64,000 nucleotides of DNA from Ginglymostoma cirratum (Eukaryota), in NCBI GenBank assembly GCA_024137785.1, contig JAHRHZ010000066.1, positions 1,224,491-1,288,490 of the forward strand, given 5' to 3'. The position numbers and the translations under genes are program-made. Below, piece after piece: positions 51,560-62,989 of the stretch; positions within the stretch are counted from its first letter, which is position 1; each line of letters begins with the position of its first letter. The notes below the pieces were generated by a model. That model saw nothing but the letters and a program-made list of their open reading frames with translations. It had not been told where the DNA came from and made no database searches.

Positions 51560-54500
51560 CCAGAGAAAGAAAAGCTACAAGGAATAAAAGAGATGATTGC
51601 AATGTATACACGTATGTGTATAAGTGCACAAAGTGTGGTGAATATGCCTGTTCAGCTGCATGTATGAGTAGCCATGTGAGAATGTGATGCAGGTACAAAG
51701 CAGAAAACTTGTAAAACAGATGAGCGTCAGATGATTGATGTTCAAGGATAAGATAGAGAAGGGAAAAGGTAAAGTGGCATAAGAGTACTGATCAGGGAAG
51801 ATATTTCAGAGTTTGTAAGAGAGGATCTCCTGAAGAGCACAGTAGCAGAATCCATTTGATTGGAATTAAGAAGTCAAGAAGGGTCTGGTCATGCAACTGG
51901 GGATTTTCTGTAGGTCTCCTCATTATGAGAGAGAGAGACAGAGAGAGAGAGAGGTGCAAGTCTGATGTGAAATTACACAGATACCTGAGAAATATCGAGA
52001 GGTCACATTGGAGGCCTTTAATTATGCAAGTATTGGGTAAATGCTAAAACTAAGGGAAAGGAAGAGCAGGAATTTCTGACATGTTATCAAAGAGAAATTC
52101 TTTGACCCATTTGTTCCAACCCAACCAACGAAGGAGGAATTGCTTGACCTCATGCTGGGGAATGAGGGAGTGCTTGAGGGAGAAGATTTACGTAAGAATG
52201 ATCATGCTGTCACAAGATTTTGACTATTGATTGAGATAGGAACAATCGAAAGTAAAAAATAAGAGGATCAACTTCATTGGGATGATAAGAGATCCAACTA
52301 GGGTATGTAGAACCGAAGTTAACAGGAAAAGCTAACAGAACAACATGATTTGTTTTTTAAGAGGAAGTATTGTTTCACATTTAGGCTAGGTTATTTTCAA
52401 GTAAGGCAAAGGATAAGGGAACTGAGGCTAGGTTTCCTTGGATAATAAGAGAGACAGAGAATATGATAGAGTATGAAAGGAACAGGATGTATGTCAGGAG
52501 AACTTCTTCAAGCAAGAACCAGATCTAATAAACGTTGCAGAGAAGGAAAGTGAAAATGGAAGTAAGACCAGCAAAGAGCAAATATGAGACTAGAATAGCA
52601 GTCAACCTGAAAAAGAACCGAAAATCATTTACCAGCATCTAAATAGACAGTAACCGTAAAAGATGGGGTGGGGCATATTAGGGACAAGGAGGATGATGTA
52701 GGCTTAGAAGGAAGGGGCAAGTGTAGAATTTTAAGGAGTGATTTCTTTTGGTGTTTAGTAAGGAAGAGGACGCTGACAAAATATTGGTAGAAGCAGAGGT
52801 GGTGGCATCAAAAATTAGAGTGAAAATTGAAAAGGATTTGCTGAAAAGGTTGGCTATCTTTAAAAAAGGATAAGATAAATCACTTCTTCCAGAAGATTTG
52901 CGTTCCAGGTGGCTAAAAATACTGGGAGTGAACTTAATAGAAGAGCTTACCATAATTTTACAATTTTCCCTAAATTTGAGGGAGGGCTCAGAGGATTAGA
53001 GATTGCAAGTATTATTCAAGGAAGGGTCTAAGAACATTCCTAGTAACTACAAACTGACAGTTTAACAATTACTGGTGATGGGTTTCCAGAAACAATAATC
53101 AGAGAGGTACTTGAGATGTTCATATAAATTGAAGAGAGTCAGCAATAAATGACAAATCACTCTTGACCAAAGTCATAGAAGTTTTTCATCATGTAACAGA
53201 GAGTGTTTGTAAAGACAAAGCCACGGACCTTATTGATATGGATTTTAGGAGAGCCTTTGACAAAGAATTACATAAAAGTTATTAAAACTGACATTTGTGG
53301 AATAGAAGGGTCAGTATCAACTTGAGTGATGAATTGGCTTCAGGCCAGAAACCCCTGCATTGTGGAAATTGGTTATTTTTCAAATTGGGGGATGGTCGTT
53401 AGTCGTGTTCACCGGAGTTCAATGTTATGAGCTTTGCTTTTTTTGCTTTTATTTATAAATGATTTTGATGTTGGAATCCAGAGTAAAATTTCAAAATTTG
53501 CAGAAGATTCCTTATTTGACATTGTGGCTGTCAGTGAGAATATGCCAAATTACCAAAACAGGACAAGGATATGGTAGCAGAATGGCCAAAAATGTCATAA
53601 ATGGTATTTAATGCAGATAAGTGTGAGATGCACTTAGACAAAAGGCATATGAAAAGGCAATATAAACTACATACAGCTGTCAAATGTTTTCAGAGGCAGA
53701 TGCCCATGGGGATGTATGTCCATAGATATTTGAAGATGGCATGATATATTGAGAGGACAGTTAACAAAGCTTATGGGATGTCGTCCTTCATCAATAGAGG
53801 TATTGAGTAGAAAAGCAGTTTATTAATGCTGAATGTGTATACATGAGGGCCCTTGAGAAGGTTGCAGATGAAATTTACCAAAATGGTTCCAGAGCTGAAG
53901 GATTTTAGCCAAAGGTTAGGTTGGAGAAAGAAAGGTTGTTTTCCAAAGGAAAAATGCAACTGGGGAGCAGTTTGTTCAAGATTAAGACATGTTTAATGAA
54001 GGTAGGCAAAGAAAAACCCTTTTAGTTTTAGTTGGTGGAGAAAAACTAGGGAAAGCAAATGTTAAGGTTTTGAGGAAGAACTTCTATACAAAATTTTGGA
54101 ACTTGTGTTCCCTCAAACAGAAGGTAGAAGGCCAGATAGATTAGACGTTAGGCGTATGAAATACTTGCCTTTTTATTTAGCTGAGGCATAGAATACAAGA
54201 GCAGGGCAGGTATGCTGGAACTGTATAAAATACTTGTCAGGCCATAATTAGAGTACCTGAGCAGTTCCGGCCACGACCTTATAGGAAGGATGTGATTGCA
54301 CTGGAGAGGGTGCAGAAGAGATTTACCAGGATGCTGCCTGGGCAGGAAGGTATGAGCTATGAGGAAAGATTGAATAGCCTGGAATTATTTTTTTGCAGCA
54401 GTGAAGGTTGAGAGGGGTCCTGATAGAGGTATATAAGATTGAGAGACATAGATGCAGTGGCTAAAAATGCACCTTTTCCATGAGCCGACTGTTCAATAAC

Positions 54501-54780
54501 CATGGGGTATAAATTTAAGGTAAGAACTAGAGTGTTAAGGAAGAGTTGAGGGCGTTGTTTTCACTCCGAACATGGTAGGAGTCTGGAAGTCACTGTCTGA
54601 AGGAGTGGTTGAGTCAGAAACTCTTGTAACCTTGAAGCAGCTTTCAGATACAAACTTGCATTGCCATAGCCTCCAGGAGTGTGGACCAAGAGCTGGAAAA
54701 TGGGATTAATGTTAAATTTTTTTGTTGACGTGATGGGCTAAATGGCTTCTTTCTGTGCTGTAAACAGCTGAATCTGAGTC
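51560..54780 (+). mobile_element. Decayed CR1 ORF2 (APE-RT) followed by a second CR1 3' fragment (~54110-54780)
   Basis: LLDLMLGN ~52140, AFDK ~53252, FINDFD / SKFAED ~53452-53510, and RPQLEY-like, ALERVQKRFTRMLPG ~54298, SYEERL motifs. Confidence 0.75.
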
Positions 54781-55057
54781 TAAGGATCAAAGCAGGACCT
54801 TACCTATATCAAAAACACTTTTGTGTGGGATTTTTCACCGTTTCTGTCTTTGAATTTGCTTCTGATTTCTTGGTAGCGCCAGGCATTTCAATTGTTAGTA
54901 AACTAAAGAGTCAATGTAAATTCATTCAGCATAATTTTCACTAAGTTTTATTAAAGCTTATGCTGGAGCTTTAATCGATAAAGTTAAGTTATGAAAGTCA
55001 ATTCAAAGGGTCCTCTGGATACTTTATGCACTGGACTAGAACAAAATAACAGAAGAG

Positions 55058-55422
55058 GGGGTGGCACAGTGGCTCAGTGGTTAACACTGTTGTTTCACAG
55101 CACCAGGGACAACACCAGTGTTCAATTCCAGCCTTGGGTGACTGTCTGTGTCGAGTTTGCATGTTCTTCCTGTATCTATGTGGGTTTCCTCTGGGTGGTC
55201 TGGTTTGCTCCCACAGTCCAAAAATATGCAGGTTAGTTGGATTGGCCATGCTAAGTTGTCCATAGTGACCAGGGATTTGTAAGTTAGTGGATTAGCCATG
55301 GGAAATCCACGGTTACAGAGATGGCAGGGGAGTGAAGTCTGGGTGGAATGCTCTTTGGAGAATTGGTGTGGACTTGTTGGGCTGAATGGCCTGTTACCAC
55401 ACTGTGGGGATTCTATGATTCT
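55058..55422 (+). mobile_element. HE1-type SINE
   Basis: ggcacagtggctcagtggttaacactg, gttcaattcca, ccacagtccaaaaatatgcaggttag, and tail ccacactgtgggattctatgattct. Confidence 0.85.
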
Positions 55423-55562
55423 GAGAGTTCAAACCTGAAATTCTAATCACCACCAGGGTCTTTGCACACTGTGCTAAGATTCAGTGGCCTGGACTGAGCA
55501 GATAGGGATCAACTGTTCCCATTGGTGGAAGGATTGAAAAGTAGAGGGTAGAGATTTAACAT

Positions 55563-55939
55563 CTAAGGTTTTGGAGTAGATTTGTAGCTCGGGTTGTGGG
55601 TGTTGAGGTTGGTTGGCTCGCCGAGCTGGTTTGTTGTTCTGCAGACATTTCGTCCTGGGACAGGCTAGGCAGAGACTGGCACGAGAATTCGTAGAAGCGT
55701 GGCACTCCACGAAGCATGCTATTAATAAACACATTGAACTCGACCCCATATACATTCCACTACGAAGGAAAACCGGAAGTGAGGCAACCCATCTCAACTG
55801 ACCCCAGAGTTTAAAAACCAGGCAGGAAAACACACCGACGCTTCATCGGAGGCCGCACTGAGGATGTTACCAAGCATGGTAACGAAACGTCTGCGAAACA
55901 ACAAACCAGCTCGGCGAGCCAACCAACCTCGACAGCCTC
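55563..55939 (+). mobile_element. 5'-truncated Penelope-like element (family C): inverted pseudo-LTR piece, GIY-YIG-type C-terminal remnant and hammerhead; 12-bp TSD; inserted in a CR1 3' end (~55480-56185)
   Basis: TSD GAGATTTAACAT at 55551-55562 and 55940-55951. Inverted repeat 55605-55653 / 55882-55930. ORF remnant LGQARQRLAREFVEAWHSTKHAINKHIELDPIY resembles the end of Penelope endonucleases (REFxEAW...IN). Confidence 0.85.
55854..55895 (+). ncRNA. Minimal type I hammerhead ribozyme motif
   Basis: CGCA-CUGAGGA-U-GUUACCA-agca-UGGUAAC-GAAAC-GUC/UGCG. Helix I CGCA:UGCG, 7-bp helix II, intact core, palindromic ACGU in place of helix III, predicted cleavage after C55891. Confidence 0.8.
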
Positions 55940-56574
55940 GAGATTTAACATAACTGATAAAAGGAACAGTGGCAAAAAAACCTTTTCACACAGCAAGTGG
56001 TTGGATCTGGAATGTATTGTCTGAGAGTGTGGTGGAGGCAAGTTAAATTGTCGCATTCGAAAAAGGAAAAGGAAAGGATGTGCAGGAGAGAAGGCAAATG
56101 AATGGCATTAGGAGAACTGCTCTATCAGAGAGCCTGCACAGACACAATGGGCTAAAGACTTCCTGTACTGTAACCATCCTGTAAATAAAATGATGATAAA
56201 AATAAATTTGGATGAGCATTTAAAGAAAATAAACTTCCATAGCTAGGGGACAGAGCGAGAATGCAATTGATTGAACTGATCAACAGAGAATTGACATGGA
56301 TGTGATGATGGAGTAGCCTCCTCCCCACTGTTCTGACTGACATTTCAGGTGATAATTGGATTGAAGAGATGTTGGCCTGATAGAGTACTGACCAATGGCT
56401 AACAGAAATAAAATTTATTTGTCTGGCTAAAGAAGATCAATGCTAAATAGCAAGTTTCAACACTCTTAGGCCACTGGCAACACAAATGTTTTATTTCTTT
56501 AAGTATAAGCTTGTTTCCTTAAATGCACCCTATATTTGTATTTTCTGCAAATGGTCTAGGTTGGCAATTTAGTG

Positions 56575-56830
56575 AGGTAGTCTTCCATTGTCAGAGCTGC
56601 TGTTTTTCAGATGAGATCTTAAACTAAGGCTTTGTCTCAAAGTATACAAGATTCCAATGCACTATATCACAAATAACCTTCTGTTGTGGTGGGGATAACA
56701 CAGTGTGGAATTGGAGGAACCCAGCAGGCCAGGCAGCATCAGAGGAGCCTGAAAGCTGATGTTTTGGGTCGGGGCACTTCTTCAGAAAGGTGTCCTGGTC
56801 AAGACTCTAACCTCGGCTAAATGTCAACAA
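56575..56830 (+). mobile_element. Deu-domain SINE remnant interrupted by a minus-strand family A Penelope-derived monomer (~56692-56788)
   Basis: gctgtttttcagatgagatcttaaactaaggc...agattccaatgcactat...ggtgtcctggtcaa resembles the Deu domain. The insert reads cagcaggccaggcagcatcagaggagc...gttttgggtcggggcacttcttcag. Confidence 0.55.
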
Positions 56831-57735
56831 AAATTGAGCCCGAACAGATCCACTCCCTGTTTTTTTTAGCATTCCTTTCCCTAAGACTTACTCCCATGTC
56901 ATGAGGAGAACAAGATCTAAACGAGGATTGAATGTAAAGTACAGAATGTTTGATGACTAGGATTATATTTGGAGAGACTGTGCTGATTTGAATGTTGAGA
57001 AATGTTCATTAACACAGTTTTGGATTGACAATGGGAAATTAACATAACATTACATGCAAAGAATCTGGAAAAAGTCATTGTTGAAATCATAGTACACTGA
57101 TCACAGCAACCGGGAAATAAAGTTTGGGTGTGTAAACAGATACAAGAAGTATAAATCCATGGGAATGTTACTGATGTTCCAGTAATAACTACTTGGAATG
57201 CACAGACAGTGTTTCTAAGCAATTTTAATTTTAATGCAGAAATTTCAATGTGATGGAAAGAATCGAGAGAGCAATGTTGAGGCTGCAAGTTTCAGATCAT
57301 TATGCTGAGCAGAATTTTTTTAGGAGGAGTTCAAATCTCATTGGAATTGTGAAAGCAAAATAGATGCTTTATTGAACATTTTTCAAGCAATGCCAACCAG
57401 CGAGGTGGAATTAAAGATCAAGAGTTACAGATGGATGAAAATGAGTAATACATAAAATTCTAAATGATAAGTGTGAGTGAGCAGCTTGATTGAAATTAAC
57501 TATGCTACTCCAGGTATATGAACAAGTATGGATTAGAATCCTATATTGGTACTTTCTTTTTGATGATTCTGTGAAGTGATGGCCCAGGTCTGCTTGATTT
57601 ATTGTACTGACCTTATTATTGTATTGCATAATGGACAATGTTCTAAATATAAGTCTGCTTTCTTTTATTCTCTGGTTTTAAATGAGTAGTAAAGGGAACA
57701 TGTTTCAACATGCTTTGGTCTCCTGTAATTATCAG

Positions 57736-57835
57736 GTTGAAGAAATCCGAGGCTTCATAGACAAGATCTCTGAGAACGTGGAAGAGGTTAAGCGAAAACA
57801 CAGTGCAATCCTCGCTGCACCGAACCCAGATGAAA
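57736..57835 (+). CDS. STX1A: Syntaxin-1 coding exon 3 (Habc helix a: [33 protein letters not shown])
   Basis: Acceptor ttatcAG, 100 nt, donor A|GTAAGC (phase 1). It lies inside ORF 57682..57864. [17 protein letters not shown] is the STX1A-type sequence (STX1B has GCIEKLSEDVEQVKKQH). Confidence 0.95.
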
Positions 57836-60800
57836 GTAAGCATTTGATTTTTGAGACTTCCTGAGCATGTCATGGGGGATAGTCCCAACATGAGGTCACA
57901 GAACGTGATTTCAAAGGACCATTCTGGCTAGAGGTGGACGATCATGCAGGGTGACCTTGCTGGGTGTAGCAGTGAACAAGCACTGTACACATTGTACTCT
58001 GAGGGCAGTCATTTCAAGCCCCTAAGCCATCACATTGGGTCAAAGAGCAATCCCACTGGGTAGGGGTGACCACTCAACACTGTTTTTGGGGTTTCAGACC
58101 ACTTACCTTAATTTAACTGAATGGACTCCAAAATTGAACAGACTCAAGATGATTGGTGGTAGTCATACACAAAAAAGTCAGCTGTCGTTGTTAGTACAAT
58201 GTTTACAGGAATTAAAGAAATCAAATCTACCTACTCTCTATTAAGCCTGTCTGTTTACTGCTGACATTGTCATTTTGGGACATGCTCAAAGTGTCACTGT
58301 TTGTTGCTCCAACCAAGCTGTTGCCAATGTACTGAAGAAATTCCTGTCCTCCTCTTTAGAATACTCATAGACGTAAGGAGTACATGTACGACTTCATATG
58401 CTATAGTTAGTTCAGAATTCTTCTGAAAATGTGAGTTTCAACCTCCAGCAGCACATGGAGGCTGCAAAACTGGGAACTAACAAAAGAAGAATAGGAGTTT
58501 TTCCAGTGCATGACAGGAGCAGAAAAAATGAAATGGATGCTAATCAGAAAGGCAGAGTGCTCATTATGGGGAGAATGGGGCAACTTAGAGGCTGTGACAA
58601 AGGGATAAGGATGGGATGAGTCAAGGCCTGTCAAAGAAGGAGGATGGTAATGAATGGGAAAGGGATGGGGTGAATGAATTGCTGTCATCAGCTGGGAGCG
58701 TGAATTTAGTGAGAAGGGGGCAACAATATTTTGGGACAGGAAAGAGAAAATGTAAACTGCTGATTGAGGCAACTTAAGACAAGCACTGGCTTGATTGGGT
58801 TGGTGGGGTAGAAGAGTGTCAGTATGAAGTGAGAAGTTTAGGGAAAGGTCTGTCTTGGCGAAAGCGTGGAGAGTTGGATGAATATCTCTGTGAGCTAGGT
58901 CTGAAGAGAGGAGAGTACCTTGATAAACCTGAGCAGTGAGGGAATGGATACGGTGGACAAATGGGAAGAATTGTTTTGTTGAAATACCGAAAGTCCTTTT
59001 GTTGTCCTAACAATTTAATTGTGAAGTATGAAAATGCTTTAAAGTATTTAAACTGCATCATTTTAGTGTAAAAATACAAAATTTACCAGAATCTCATGCA
59101 TCTAGACAATGTTAGAACTGCATGAACAACTTTATGCCTTCAGTGCTTTTGTATTTCCACTTGTTGTTTTCATGTAATTGTCTTTTCAGTCCAGGTGAAC
59201 TGAAGGAATATTGTGTGTATTTGCAACTTAAGGGACAAAGCCATTCAACTACCTCTTTTCAGATGTGAGGTCTGACCAGGAGTGCTCATGTTCTTAGGGA
59301 CTTGTTGGTCAGCTTTAGCTGGTTACGTAGACTGGTATGTGTAAGCTGGGCTTGGCTTCAGCAGCATCTTCAATTTAACAGCTTTGAGGAAGGATGGGCC
59401 TAACTAAGGTCAGCATTTCTGTTTGCTGCAGTGATGTTGCATCAGGCAAAAAAACCTGAAGTTCTGTTTACAGTTGGTGAGATATCATTATCTCCTGCAC
59501 AAATATTTCTAGGATGAAAAGGATAAAGAGGATGTGCTGTAATCACCACATGCTGATTCACTGCAGTCGCTGTAGTGAGCTGAAAAAGATGTCGTGTTCG
59601 GCTATAGAACAAAGCAGGGCAGCTGCTGCATCCTAAATCTCCTGCAGTGAGACAGCACAGACTGCACGCAAGGGGAGAGTGGTTAACAACACGTATGAGG
59701 ACTGGACTGCTGGTGTGAATGGAGATTGCGGCATGAGTGTGGGGGGATGGGTGGCCAGCCGCCTTGCTTCATTCATATTTATTGCACAGGGATTTGAAGG
59801 CGATAGACTGCTTCAGCAACAGACCCTCTGCAAAGCCCAATTAATGAAGCATCTAAGAGCTAAGGCTTTTTGGAGTAATTCTGACTGCAATAATATTATA
59901 ATCTGTAATTAAATGCCTTCTGGTAGTGGTTTTGTTGATATCAATCACATTAACCCCTCTGCAGTCCTCCGCTGCAGTGACGTAGATTCCTGATATCATA
60001 TGCAGCCATCACTGACATTGTGAGGCAGAGATGCTGGCAGTAGGTGTGCTGTCGTTGGCACAGGTCTTGTGCAACAGGAAATATCAAAACTGACAACATG
60101 AAATGTGGCATTGCAACTTGAGATTGATGCTTCTGTGTAATATAACCAGAGAAAGGATTTGACAGCTTTTTGTTTTTATAAAAAAAACAAAATCTTCTCT
60201 GGATGAGAAAGAAGTTTGTATTTTTAAATTTGTTCTTGGTTTCTGGGTTGCCCTTCCTCTTAAACAGTTGCAGTCCTTGTGTTGATAGTTCTTCCAAGGT
60301 GTTAGGATAATCAGGATTTTGTTCATTGAAGAATTGTGACCCAGCATGCTGTATCCCAAAATCAAGGTGGCCTGTGATTTATCAACTTACAGGTGGTGAT
60401 GACGTTCTTGAAATTTTGCTGTCGTTGTCTTCCTCTGAGAGAGATCAAAGAGCTAGGAAGTACTGCCAGAAACCAGTTCTGTAAAGACTGGAAGAAACAT
60501 TTGAAAACATTGTGAATATTGAAACCAAAAACAAAGGTCACCCAAAAAGATTATTCTGAAGAGTACTAGGCTATTTCGGTGTTGGTACATTGGAACCATT
60601 CAAGTGAGTAATGGGTATTCCATCACATTCCTGGCTTGATCCTTGTAGATTTTAGAGACGCTTTGAGAGCTCGTGAGTTGTGCTATTTATCCACGAATAC
60701 CCAACTTCTGCCTGTTCTTACAGCTATATTGTTGACATTGACCTCTGTTCAATGGTACCCTCTGGAACATTGGTGACAGTGAATTTGCTGATGATATTAT

Positions 60801-62989
60801 TGAACATCAGGGAGGTGTTTGAGCATTTTGTTGTTGAAATGATCAGTCGCTTTTATTTATGTGGTATGTAGCTGTCTGCCTGTTGTCAGTCCACATTATA
60901 TGTTGTCCATGTCCTTAATCTCTATTAATTTCAGTGTTCCTATGTTTTGTCATTGTTGATCAAAATGTTGCCAAGAGCAACTAATCTTGCCTCCTACCCA
61001 GCATTCAACTCCTTTATATCCACATCTAAATCAAGGCTTTGATGAGCTCCTGAACCAAGGTGGTTCTTGAAGATTTCAAGAACAAGTTGGATATAGCACT
61101 TGGGGCTAAAGGGATCAAAGCCCTTGATGGCAGGAGTGCAGTGGTTGGGGTAGGAGGTGGAGAACGGAGAAACAGGCTGTCAGTTGGATGACCAGTCATG
61201 GTCACAGTGAATGGTGGAGCAGGGTCAGGTGCCACATGGCCTACTCCTACTCCTATGTTTCATATTGACTGTATTGTGTACTCAATCACTTTGTAATGTC
61301 TGGAGTGAAGTAAATTGATGGGCACCGGAATTTATAATAATGAGAGCTTACGTCACTTTTTATTTTTACCTAAAACAATCTCAAATGCTTCAGTCTCATC
61401 TGTTGCATTCTTAGTCATTCTCCACTTGACTTGAGAACAAGTTCTCAAGGAGTTTCCTCCTTCTGCTAGTTGCCTGATCCTGCACAAACATTTTTGGTCT
61501 CATCCAGCAGGGCTACAGAACCTTGCTATGATCTGTCACAGTTTGATGGTTTGTCTCTACTATATCATGCTGCTTTTTGTCTGTTATGCAGTTGATTCAA
61601 TATTATACTGTGTTAGTGCCTCAGTATGGGGAATGTCTGGTGCTGCTTTTACATAATAGAGCCAGAGTGGTCTCCCTGAATGTGTGTTCAGCCAGACCTT
61701 CAGTTCGTAGATTGACAGTTGCTAAGTTGTCTATAACCACAATGATCTGCAACACTTCGTAGATGCCCAGTTGTTGGTAATGACACACTGCATGGTGGAA
61801 AGAGGCGGTAAGCAGTAGGATTTTTGTTTTTTTTTACTTTTCTTGTCTTGAAGCCAATCAATTTTACAGAGTCCACAGTCAATGGTGAAAACACCCAGGG
61901 TCAAGCCCACTCAATTGCATACCACTGTAGCCTCACCACTGGACATCAAACAGTGAGACATATCCAGTGATGTTACTGGAGAATTTTGTGATGTTTACTG
62001 ATAGTTATGATTTTGTGAATATGAATTTATAAGGGTATAGTTTGGTTTTTCTGTAAGACATCTCTTACAAAACAGAACCTTGATCCCGGATGTTAGGAAG
62101 ACTTTCGTTGTCAACTGGTCTGTCCTAAGTTGGTTGTACTGATAGGTCCACCCACAAATTTCTTCATTACGCATTATAATAAAGTGTACAGTTTTCAACC
62201 GTAGCTTGCTAAACCACATCAGAGGGTACATGAAGTCAACTACATGGTCATACATAGCGTTAGCTTCCTTCCCTGAAGGACATTGGTAAACAGTCGGAAT
62301 CTTATGAGAATCTGGCAATTTATCTGGTTATTTTTCCTAATTTCAATCTGCAAATGACCACATTTGTTGGTTTTGATTTCAATTTGTCATTCCAGGAACT
62401 TGCAATCTCTTGTTTGGTCATTCAGTGACATACCATGTGTAGTACAGGATCCAACTAGGTGATGCTTAGGAGAAAGTCAGAAGTCAGTGCTGTGTGGAGA
62501 GATTAGGAACCAGCAACTGTAGAGAATGCAAAACTAGAAGCCATGTTTCAGATGATTCTGCAATTGAGCTACAAGGAGACAGAAATTCACAAATTGAATA
62601 AGTGAAATCATGTCAGAGATGGGAAAGGGAGAAGGGGTAGCAATGTGTTTGGGTGGGAGGTGAAATTAACCAGACTTAAATGAAAGAAACATTGGACTGA
62701 CATTAAACTGCATGAGAAGCATCACAATGAGAGAACAACCCATTTCTGATAGACTTAGGTTTCATTTCTCCCTCACCATTCTGCTCAATCAACTGATGGC
62801 AAGATGTAACTTTGTAACATAAATTTGTTCGGTGAAAGGTGAGGCAAGAATCATGTTTCTTAAAATGATCAGAGTTGTAAATAACGTTGTAAATTAGATT
62901 TTCAATTGAACAAGTTATTTTTGTGTGAAAAATAATGCAATATTGTCAGTTATTTGACAAACCCTGTTACTGATTTATATCAGTGTATA

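Noticed and set aside
2586-56788. Recurrent short palindromic repeats as a CRISPR array or classical MITE
   Set aside because: Dispersed rather than arrayed, no spacers or cas genes, vertebrate DNA. Unequal arms and long variable TSDs do not fit MITEs.
57682-57864. Stand-alone 60-aa ORF as a complete gene
   Set aside because: It is exon 3 read through its intronic flanks; homology is confined to 57736-57835 between AG and GT.
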